Source: Marsupella aquatica
Taxonomy: Eukaryota; Plantae; Marchantiophyta
DNA: 64,000 nt
Assembly: GCA_973895155.1 (NCBI GenBank)
Contig: OZ316891.1
Coordinates: 9,611,875-9,675,874, forward strand
Reading direction: 5' to 3'
Position 1 is the first letter of the stretch; each line of letters opens with the position of its first letter. Made by a program: the position numbers and the translations under genes. Shown here in pieces: positions 36,825 through 48,200 of this stretch. A model generated the notes under the pieces. The model was not told where the DNA came from. It ran no database searches and saw only the letters and a program-made list of their open reading frames with translations.

Positions 36825-39492
36825 GAGGCATCACCTATTGTTCATAGTGTTCAGTGTCCCTTAGTACTATATCAATGAGGAATCTCAAACCTCAAAATTT
36901 TTGAAATGGGGCAATTAAATTGTAGGCAGTGAATTTGTGAGTCTCCTTGGCAAAAACAGGCTACCCATTTCCAAGGTCTTAAGTTCAAATGGAGTGAAAA
37001 CGATCAAGTGTTTTGCAACCCCTCTTTCACAACAAAAGTTGGCAAATTTCCATGTTAGGAGTGGAAATGGAAAATAAATATTCACTAAAGAGTTGGCAAG
37101 TCTGAGTTGGGCAAGAAAGAGCTTTCACCAACCACCTAGGTCAACCCTAATGGTAATTTTGAATCTAGTCAAATGATCAATTGCCTATAGTTGGCCACCC
37201 CTCCCCTTAGCTCAGGTCACTTCCTCCACTTGTCATTATTCTTAGCAGTGGTTGAGGTAAACATTATGTGGAGTGTAATAGTTCATAGACAGTAAGTAAG
37301 GGCTTGAAGTAATGGAGGCATATGGCAAACCAAAGTCATTGTTTTCCCAAATTGATAACACAAGAAGAAGAGTGCATATACAGAGCATTGAAATGTTGAC
37401 TACAAGCACATAACACTAACTGTTATTGCAAATACTACATTCACATAATTATTTGCTTACGGTAGTGATTTTTCACTGAGACTCAATAGACGCTCATAGC
37501 ATGTTCATCCAGGAAGAACATGCTTGAGTTTTTGCCTTGTAGTGATAGTGTAAGTAGGATGATATACTAGAATAGAACTATAGTATATAAGAGTGAGTGG
37601 GATAAAATACAGGATAAATAGAGCGCATGCAAAGAAAAGCACATAATGACACCAATAAGAATTACAGTACAATTCTATGGCACAAAGGTATGAATATCTG
37701 TGCACACATTTGAAATCTAAGAGATAACAAAGATTAAAAATTACAGAGGGTCCCAAAATAAGTACAAAATACTCTAGGATACCAAAAATTAAAGGGGTCA
37801 AAAAATTACTTAAAAATTACATATTACAAATGACGCCCCTTGATAAGGTACATTAAAATAAATATACATTACAAAAAATATAAATAATACAAAATCTGAA
37901 AGGTGTATTCACAATATAGCTATAGCAGCTTCAAAAATGTTGCACTAAGCCGTTAATTTATATAACGGAACACAATTAAATGTTTGAAGAACGTATTTTA
38001 CCTCTAGTTTTGGACTTGTGAAGGATGTTGGACAACTCTTTTTTAGCTGAAAACATGGATACCGGAAATTTCACACACTACTCTAACTGAGACTTTTTAG
38101 TGTGAGATCAATTGTAGCCCTGTAAGTATCCAAAACAAAAGTACCCTTTCAACTAAAACTACCACAAATATGGTGTGGAAGCAATAGTATTTCCCTAGCC
38201 TTTATCTCTTTAGAAATGGACATGCAACACTACTTGTGTAATCAAACTCAATCCTTGGCATGAAGACGAGGGGTACACATAGTGCACGATACCACTTGCA
38301 ATATTCCAGAAAAAGAATATTCTATAAATAATCTTATCCTGAATTTATATGAACTACTTTACTTCATAAACAGTACACAAGAATATTGTCTACTTTTGTG
38401 TAGTAATCACATTTTTACTTTCTATGTTTAGAAAATTTTGGTCAAAATTTGGATGACACATGGTTCCTACATTCGTTTGGAGAACCCTTCAAACTCAAAG
38501 AAGAAAGAAGCGTTTGATGCTCAATCAATTCCTTCACAAATAGAAGGGGAATTATTAACATTTACAAGTGAATTTCAAACAAGAAACGTTTTTGAACTTC
38601 ATGCTCTCTTACCAGGAAGATATGGGACATATAAATCAATTAATTCAAGCAAAAAGTGCTATATGTCTTTCTATCATGAGGCCTAAATTCAAAGCCAATT
38701 GTGAATCCTGTACTGAAATCTACTTAGGAACTATTAAGTTAATATCAAGAGAGAAAAATATATATCAGGTAGAGGATAGTTATAATCATGTTAGGATGTG
38801 CGCACTAGAGAGTTTTTACAATTTAGCGATGAGGCTCAATATAATGAAGGCTTTCAGGCTCTGAGTCACAATCCATTATGTTGACTTTGGTATAAAAAAA
38901 GGAAAACGTATTCTAGAAATTTTTGTACACAAACAAACTTCTTTTCACAACACTCCTCACAATACATTAGCAAATTTGTTGTTGTTTTTCAGCCAGTGTG
39001 ATTGGTGAAGTTAGCAAAGATATTGTAAGTTTGGTGACTAGCTATGTACAAGTAGTGAAGATACTATAGATGGATGAAAATGTGCACCTGTTCAATATGA
39101 CTTTTGGTCATACATCTTTTAAGCAGGATAAAGTCTTCTTATTGTGAAGCAAGAGCAGCCAAATCACTGGTGAAGGAGTATGACGTGACTGAAATGAATA
39201 TCTTGGTGATAAACATAACATGCACAGTGGTCATGGGCATGTTTCTTGGGACATACAATCCATTGCCTTCATGTTTTCTTGCCATCAAAATCATGACACA
39301 GTTCCTAGCTTGTTCAAATTTTTAAATGTGAAGAAAGAAATTTTTGGAAACTATTCATTACTTGTAGGAGATCCAATTTATATTGGGGACAGCTCTTTGC
39401 ACTAGTCTACACCATCAGACCTAATTACGAAATGAGGGGAATGACTTCCATCAGCCTACAAATTGGTTTGGAGTGATCAAGGGGATATAATC

Positions 39493-39546
39493 CACTTTTG
39501 AGTATGCCTTGTGTTTACCTAGCTCTAGGAGGCATACTCAAAAGTG
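39493..39546. repeat. Perfect 17-bp inverted repeat with a 20-nt loop
   Basis: CACTTTTGAGTATGCCT ... AGGCATACTCAAAAGTG. Confidence 0.85.
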
Positions 39547-40670
39547 CGCAACAAACAATCCCTACAATAAGTGATTAGAATTGAATCAATTATTGTCCGT
39601 TTGTTAAGCAATTATCTATAGATCTATGTGATCTTTCGCATGGTTGTCTGTATACACACATACTCAAATAACTAGCCCATTGTCAAGAGACCCTCTTCAA
39701 CCATTCATCCCAAATGTACTCTAAAGCCTGCGCAACAAAAACTACTGCAAACACCTTGACTACAAAATTAAGATGTGCTGGTATGCTCATGATTTCATAT
39801 TCTTCTTTGTGTTTACTTAGCACAAGTGGTTGCTATTAAATTTGTTTAATAGGTGAATTTATGTTCACCAATGTAAAAACAGACAAAAAGCATCTTGTTG
39901 TTTAAATTGTGTTGATGGAGTCCAAGCCTTTCTTTTATGATACGGGTTTCTGGAAAGGCTAGGAACAGCTACAAAACATCACATTTGTTCACGACTTAAA
40001 TAGTTTTGGTCAACATAAATCTAGATTGCTCATCTCTAGTGTTATTATGATCCTTTAATTAGCAAAAGAACTTCCCAGGAACAATGGGTGAACCACAGCA
40101 AGGGGATTTCCCCTTCATGTAGGAGTGGCATATGTGCTAAATTTTTATGGACAATGGCAACCATAGTGAATCAAATTTAGGGGCCAATTGAAGTTAACCC
40201 GCAATATTGGAATGATAATAGGATTATGGCCAACCAAGGAGGCTTAGCTTGGCTGTCCATAGAGTGTTGAGAGGAAAATCCTAATCTTAGATCCAACCAT
40301 GATTACCTTACCATAAGTTGATCTTGATTCAAAGAGTGACATTGTAGTCATTAAATAAAAGTGTGGCATTTTAGTAATTTCATAAGAAACACATGGCAAT
40401 GTAACAAAATCTCAAATAATTGATATCATCAATTTTTTAAATTTTCAATAAAGAAGCAAAAATGCGCCCAAAGTATTCCAAAGACCCCCTGTGACGACGG
40501 GGCACAGAGAAAAAAGCCAAGGGGGCAGAGAACACAACAGCCAAGCATTGCAGAGCCGAAAATTACCCAACGGACCCCAGGGTCATCAAAAGAGCACTTG
40601 CCCGGAGTGGATCACGGCCAGCCACCTATAAACAGACAAGTCATGAGTCCAGTTGCTAATCCAGAGGCTG

Positions 40671-41730
40671 GGGGTCAATTTCCATCCTCACTAATCATGG
40701 GTGTACTAGAAGGGGTCAATTTCCCATTCTCCCTAATCATGGGAGTACTGGAGGTCTGGAGCTAGTGAGTCTCTGGTGTCAGGACAAATTTGGATCGATG
40801 CTATTGTAATGACCCCGGTAACCCGGTTTGTGAAATTGGGCTTGCTCCGTGTCCTCCCATGTTTTCCATAGTCATGCATAGCAACATGATCATCATGTCT
40901 AATCGCCTCCCTATACTGGAGATGGGGCCTACACTGGAGATGGTCCCTATACTCATATACTGGCTAGATCTAGATGACTGGTACCATTCTTGAAATGATT
41001 TCTCGTCGTAGTTATTTTTGTCATGTCACTGATGATTTCAGGTACTCTCTGACTCTACAGCAGATTCTGGCCAGTATAAATTTGGGGTTATGAGACTCGG
41101 AGACAAAAATAGGACTGGTAAACACTCGGTTAGTCGGTTGTATGCTTATTAGTGATCCATGGCCTGGACTTCTGGGGGCTGTAATACTGTAACCCTCTTG
41201 GGTGCTAAAGTATTACAGCCCAGTTCCCCCTCTGGCCAATCATGGGTTATCTTACATGTAACTGACACAAGAAGATGATGAAAAACAACAGGTGACCTTC
41301 GAAGTGAAAGCCACAAGCCCACAAGGGAATAGGAACACCTAAGGATATACTCAGGGAAAATAATGTTGGGACGCAACTCCCCCAGCTTAATGTAAAGTAG
41401 GAAACTGACCAGTCAATGCCCGAAGTGGATGTTTCTAATGTAAAGTAAGGTATGACACTGATGTGTCAATGTGTAACATGATGTTTGAACTGTAAGTGAC
41501 TCGAGAAGATGATGCTAAAAGAATGACTCCCGATTCAAAAAAGAGCAAAGCCCACAGGAACAACTGAGGAAAAACTGGGGAACAACTGAGGAACAACTTA
41601 CTGAGGAAAAACTTCTTGGGACCCCACTACCGTGACTATTGTGAGGTACAACATTGTCAAGTCAATGTTGTCAAAGGATGTTTCTAATGTAGTGTAAGGT
41701 ACAACACTGACATGTCAATCAGCGACTGAT
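40671..41730 (+). repeat. Repeat-rich segment, possibly an LTR-retrotransposon remnant
   Basis: About 41-bp tandem duplication GGGGTCAATTT..CTAATCATGGG (40671, 40712); TGTAATGACCCC LTR-like start at ~40806; duplicated GGATGTTTCTAATGTA..GTAAGGTA (~41428, ~41676); repeated AACAACTGAGGA. Confidence 0.4.
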
Positions 41731-42854
41731 GTGAGAAGATGCATATCAAAGACAGAAGTCGACAAGAAGGAAAAATAATGATGGAAACCGGCGGCCGCCA
41801 TTTTTCTCACAGTGACAGTGAGTCGATACGGAGTACTGTACGTATTTAAGACTGCGCGTCGTTAATCCCCCGCTGTACTGTAGTGTCATCATATTATACC
41901 GTAGATGGACTCGTCTCCCCCGTCAGTTCATAGCGACAATCATCAGCCGAGCAAATTGGAAATTGGACTTCTCTGCTTGTCGAGTCTTCTACTGTAGCTT
42001 AGCGTAGTGGTAATTAGAGAGAAGCAAAAGTATTTTGGGCCCAGCGCAAATGACGTTCTGAAAAGCATTGGGCGGGAAAAGTATGGGGCAAATTTTGGGA
42101 AATGGGAAACTGTAAAATTCTGGACTGGACAGCCTGCAAAAATGTCCAGGTGTTTTCTATGAACAGGCACATGTTTTGGCTAGGTAATAACTTAACGCCG
42201 ACATTATTACAATTGTTTGGTTTGGAAAAATAAAAATGACCACACATGACATTTTGGATGTAAACTGAAACTACAGTAGATCAATGACCACAGCTATGTG
42301 ATCACATTAAGCTAAATTTATATTTTATATGATTTTGACTATAAATACTATAGAGCAATTTTTGGGGCCGTCATAAAACGAAAGTTTAGCAAATAACTTT
42401 TTGAGGTCAAACCACCCGATACTACAGTAGGTGGCAGGGCCATCAGATTTGATTGAACGATTTAAATTGGTTGCAGTTTATCAAAGGGTCTCAATTATGA
42501 AGCGCTGGACAGTCTCTTGGCACTCCAGGTTCAGGTTTGGATTGACTTGGCCAAAAAAATGTGCGGCTCTCCCAGAGACTAGCCCGCTCATTTGTGTCAC
42601 GGTATTTTATGGTTTTCCATTGGTCACTTCTCCCCACCTTGTCTCTACTACTACAAGAACCAAACTAAATGAACTCAAAACATCTGGGCACTAGTCAAGC
42701 TCACTAGCACACATTACTGGCGGGCACTAGCCCTATCCCCCAAAAGAACAAGATGGATGCATTTTTGAAACCCCCTGAAAGACTAAAAATGAAGTAATAT
42801 GATTCCAATACTTTGCTCTGGAACTCTGAAATGATGATGAGTATCACGAAAGGC

Positions 42855-43165
42855 AATTGTAGTCATGGAGGTGTTTGATTGCATAGGCACCGTATTGTAC
42901 CGGGTTTTGTAGGCTCGGCTCCGTCCGCTAATTTCGATGGATGGTATCAAATCAGGTGAAAATGTCATTCGTCTGCGCCGTCGCCCTTGCTACGAAACGG
43001 CGAACCCACTCACGAAATTCAATTGTATTTATGGAGTGGTTGGATTGGATGCGATAGGCACCGTATTTGTCCTGCCTCGAAAATCACATGAATAGGCACC
43101 GTATTGTACAGATTTTGTAGGCTCGGATCCATCCGTCGATTCCGCTTTTGGGCGTGCTTTATATT
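42855..43165 (+). promoter_or_regulatory. Putative promoter of the giant helicase gene, with a triplicated ATAGGCACCGTATT module and a TATA-like box
   Basis: ATAGGCACCGTATT at 42883, 43054 and 43092; two copies extend ~45 bp. TTTATATT at ~43158, then a CT-rich leader and a GTGAGT donor at 43229. Confidence 0.4.
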
Positions 43166-45212
43166 ATTACTCCCAAATTCCCAATCTCGCGCTCTCCAAA
43201 TCTCCAAGCCGCAGTAGCGATGGCGGGAGTGAGTAAAGTCGGGGCGTGACGGTCACGATGGAGTGTGCAACTCACGTCCATTACGTCAGCTTCGATCAAA
43301 GGATTGCGGAATTTGGAACTTCACTACTGGAAAGAAGTCCATCTCTCCATCATTCTCCTGCGAGCGAACGCGCGAGCACTGAAAGACCATCACTACCTGG
43401 ACGGCTCGTCAATTCCAGGAAGGAAAGGTCGGCTGGAAAGAAACTTGTGGATGATGGCTTGAGAGTGAAAATTTGGCGCGATGTTTTGCGATCGTCGGGT
43501 TCGTTTTGAGCAGAGTAATGTAGCATGTCGGCAATTCTTCCGTAGGCCTCCTCGCTTCGGCTCCGCCAACCGATGTACAAAGCAGTACTGTGGTGGTTGC
43601 ACTGTCTGCGACTCTGAGGCATCGTGATTTATTAATTTAAAGGTTCTGTGCCGCGAAGTGAATGCTCTGGTGGCTTTCAAGTGCTCCAATGTGGTGGAGG
43701 CGAACAGCGTAGATTGCTGCCTCGGGTGTGGATGTTGTATGCTACTTGATCATTCAGAGACGATCAGATAGCGCTGGGGTTGTTTTCTAGGAGAACCTGT
43801 CTGCGTACGAGTGGAGTTTGGCGGAAAGCGCTGATGGGATAGAGCTGAATGTTTTCCGGAAGAATTTCCGGCGCTTGCAAGGAGACGCCGAGACGGGCTA
43901 CTTACAGCAGTGAAAGGGCGTTGACTAGTAGAATTTTGTGATCGACGTGCATGAGGTTCGTTGCGTCTTATCACGCTCCCTCTTACGATTTGATAGAAGC
44001 TCTCGATACGCACAGATAGCTTTCAATTAGATTCAAGAGTGTAGACTTGCAGGTCGGTTCTAGTAGGCGAGCTCAACAAGAAATTGTGCGCATTATTGTA
44101 AGCAAGTGCACCGGCGAAGATAGCCTTCAATGCTGGCTTTGTATGTATGTGGTTGTGGTGTGTACGGTAGAGTGTGCGTCCCTTTCCAGGTCAATCATTT
44201 TAGAAATTGGGCAAAGAAGAGATGCGAATGAATAATTTGCCAGGGTGTTCGTGGGCACCTGACATTCTGGGTGGAGTGTACAGCAGGATTTCCTCTTCAA
44301 TTTCTGTCCTGAAAACTCTCATTCTGCAATTGAGTTAGAGGAGTGCTGCTCAGTGTAAGGTAATGGCAAGAAGGTACATGCTGTAGCTGCCGCTTGTCCC
44401 TCTTGCTCGATCATTGTGGTGACCATCCGAAGCCAAGGATCCTCGACCTGCTTCGCTAGTTGGATCCTAGATCCAGGTAACTCACTCTCGAACTCACTAT
44501 GATTGACAAACCAAAAATTATCGTGGTCTCGAGCGCCGGATCTCCGGCACACGGACGAGTCTGCAGGCATGGATTCAATTCGTTACCGGGGTAGCGATAA
44601 GGCCACTAACCAGATAACCGTGGCAAACAAGTTGCCAGTGGTAACAGGCATGAGAAATGTGAATGGAATGCAATGCAAGTCGAATTCATGTTGGTTAGCA
44701 TCTGAAATCCATAGATGCGCCTCAATTCGGATGCATCTGAAATGTCATGAAATTGCGTGCAAACGTACAGCTGCGCCGGAATAGCTGTCGCGAATGTGCT
44801 TCGCAAATCCGGCCTACTCCGCGAAGATGAACGCCTTTGCTCTCTCGAGTTTATTGCCACTATCGAGGTCTGTGCCCGAGTGTCTTCGGCTGTAGTCAAC
44901 CATAGTGCACCTTCCGAGAATCCTTCTCGAAAATTTGTCCTGGCCGTAAGACCGTGATCAAATTCTCCGGACTTCATTAGTTAAATTTTGTTTCTCAAGA
45001 CTGTTTTGCCCTTCTCTGACCTTTGATTCCATCCTTCTGTCATTGAACTATGTCCATACTCTTTTGCTGAGTGTTCTTGAGGCGTAAAAATTGTGCAGTG
45101 CTTTTTCTCACCGGAAAAGTGCGCGTCGCGGTTCTCAGGAGCCGATGCGCTTTTTTGAAATCGCCAGCCACAATTGTTTCAGTATCGAAGCTCAGTAAGA
45201 ATTGATGCAGAA

Positions 45213-48200
45213 ATGCCTCCTTCCAATGACTTACCTGGAGATAGCCCACCCTGCGAAGGTGACGATCCGGAAGGCTCGCAGACTCTGGAAGAATGGATGG
45301 ACCCATCGTCTATCAAATTCACCCAGTCTACCATCAGCGAGATCTTCTCTAAGAAGCCGCTGCAGTCACGGAAAGCCGACGATCCCTCCAGCCGCAGTGG
45401 CGGAACCTACGCTGCAGCACTCAAGGCAGCCCCGGCTCAGTCTCTGGTAGACACGTTGCTACAATTGAAGACAGGATCCGTGACTGTAGAAGACATTCCG
45501 AGGATTCGCGTCTGTAAGCATGATGGTCAATTTTACTCCCTTGACAACAGACGCCTCTGGGTTTTCAAACAGTTTGGCAAGCCCATACCGGTCCAAATGG
45601 AGCAGCCATCAAAGGAGTTCTTTCAGAAATTGACGCGAGAAGGAGATGGAGATTCTGTTCGTTTCTTGGGTCCGCAAGACAAAGAGTCCGGGAAGGACAG
45701 CGACTCTTTCCTGGGCATTGTACTGAAGTGGTCTGTGGAGGACATCATGAATGAGAGAATGTATGTCAACAAGGTGAGCCTTCAGTGTTTCCAAATCACC
45801 AGGTTGTACCATATCAAGCATTGTGGTGTTCTCCTGGTCAATCTCAGCCATTTTCAGTCTTCACTACTGTAGTTGATGTTTTGGCATGCAGCTGTGTTTC
45901 AAAGCCTCATGACTGGTCGTTGTTTTCCAGGTGTATCCTATTCCACTCAGATTCCCCAATAAACAGGCCTATTACAAAGCATTCCATATGCCTACCTTGG
46001 AGAATACTCGCAGTCAAGTCCAACATAGCCTGGAAGTTATTGGTTCGGCTCCCTACATACCACTAAACTCTGTCGAGGAGCTCGGAACTCGCGATCCTAA
46101 GAAGAAAAATCACCTCAGGAATTTGAAACTCACGACTCTCGTGGGAAGTAACTTTGTTGAAAGAAACGCAAAGGATGCCCCTTGGAGGCCCAAACCGACG
46201 GACCTTTTAATCCTTTGTACATTGATTCCACAGGACTTCGAAGATTTGTGGAGGACTGGAGAACACTATACTTTGGCGGAAATCCGTTCTGCAGATGATT
46301 CAAATACCTCGGATGACTTTCTCTTTATCAAGGTCGTAGCTTATCTGCCAGAAGAGTGCCCAGAGTACCTTGAAATTCTTGAGGGCAAGAGAAGTTGGTT
46401 CGCTGTCTCTCTCGGCAATCTGGCAACAGCCATGAGAATATGGGACGCATTGAACCCGGATCCCAATATGCTCGAGTTTGAGGGGACGAGGAGAATACGC
46501 GATGGACTAAATCAAGATCCTACATTGCCGAAGTGTCCACGACAACTTGTGGAAGAAACTTTGTACTCGGAAAATTCGCAGGTAAGATTCTGTTAGTTCG
46601 TTACGGGAGGAATTGAAATTCAAGTACTGCAAGTTCAACAGAGAACAGGAGGATTGAACTCCTTGGAAAACAATGGATCTTATGATCTGTTTCTCTATTT
46701 CCAAAATGACGAGAGGAGAGAGGAGCGCGAGAGAAGGTTGACACATATTAATAGTTTGGCATATAAAATTGGCAATGAAAGACTTAAGCTGTACCGTCCT
46801 GTCCACAAGTGGAAAACTATGGATGGGAAGCCTTTGTTAATTTTCACTTTGGATGGTTCCAATGAAACTGAGCTCTCACATTTTTATGAACGTTTGCAGG
46901 CATGCTCAATCCCAGAAAGTGATCATGACATGGACCATGATTTAGAGAATCTTGTGGAAAAGTACTGCAACTTTCGCCAGCTCAATGAGTCACAAACAGA
47001 TGCTGTTAGGTGTACAGTGATGGAGCTTCTATTAGAAAAAGGTTTCCGGGTGAGACTAGTTCAAGGACCTCCTGGGACAGGCAAAACCAGTACAGTGGTG
47101 ACCTTGTTGTCAATCGTTAGTTGCTTGATGGAGCGGACCCTGGTTTGTGCCCCAACGAACCGTGCAGTTTCTGAGGTTGCCCAGAGGTTTTTGCAACTTT
47201 TACAATCCAGCCTGCTGGATGCTTGCCAGTTTTCTGATTTCACATGTCCTGCTTCAATCGGGATGAGATTTTGCAGACCATTGCAAATGGGTGACGTGTT
47301 GATGGTCGGTAACGAGGATAGACTGGAAACGGATACGATCCTGGGTAAGATATTTCTCCCTCACAGGGTAGAACGACTACTGAAGGCTCTTGCTCCTCAC
47401 TCTGGCTGGAGACACACCGCCCAACAAGTTGTTAACTTTTTGGCAGATACAGACAGCGAATATAAAATGTATGTGGAACTTTGGAAGGAGAACAGGCAAA
47501 GGGAAGCAGGCCTGAAAGAGCAAGGCGAGGCACCCGTCAACGACCAAGGAGAAATACACCTACTCGGATTTCTGCAATTTATAAGGAAAAGATTGAACCT
47601 TATTGGGCCGGACATGATCAGGAATGGTCATGTTATGTGCGAAGATCTTCCTAGCAAAAGGCTCAGTGACCTGCCAAGGAAAAGGATTCACCATTCATGT
47701 ATTCTGTTTGATACACTTATCAAGGCACTGGCAGATGAAAGTCTCACAGACTCAGGAGTAAGAGACTGTTTTAGTGGCGCTTGCGAATATCAAAATATCT
47801 ACAATGGAAACGTTTGCCCGGAATTTTGTTCTGCTAGGCAGAAACTTCTCAAGTTAATGAGCACTCATCCTGGATACGTTCTCAAGGGCTACGACTTAGT
47901 TCCAATGGCTGCGCAGGTGGAACACAATTGCGTCACAGATGCGTGCTTAGTTTTCAGCACCACCTCTTCAGCAGGACGGCGGTGTGTAAAGCAATCGGGC
48001 CTCTTTCAATATGCAGTCATAGATGAGGCCGCACAGCTTGTAGAAGCTGAGACGGCGATTGTGACACAGTTGCCAGGAATCGAGCGGGCACTCTTGGTGG
48101 GCGATCCTCAACAGCTCCAGGCTTTAGTTACCAGTAAGGTTGGTTTACTGTTTTGCTAATTAGAATGAATTACAACTAGACCTGCATACATATTATCTCT

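Noticed and set aside
38000-39400. Short AT-rich ORFs that might be a degenerate gene or transposase
   Set aside because: No recognisable motifs or coherent exon chain.
46582-46899. Open frame upstream of exon 3 (ORF track 46654)
   Set aside because: Bounded by a strong GTAAGA donor and TTTGCAG acceptor, so treated as intron.
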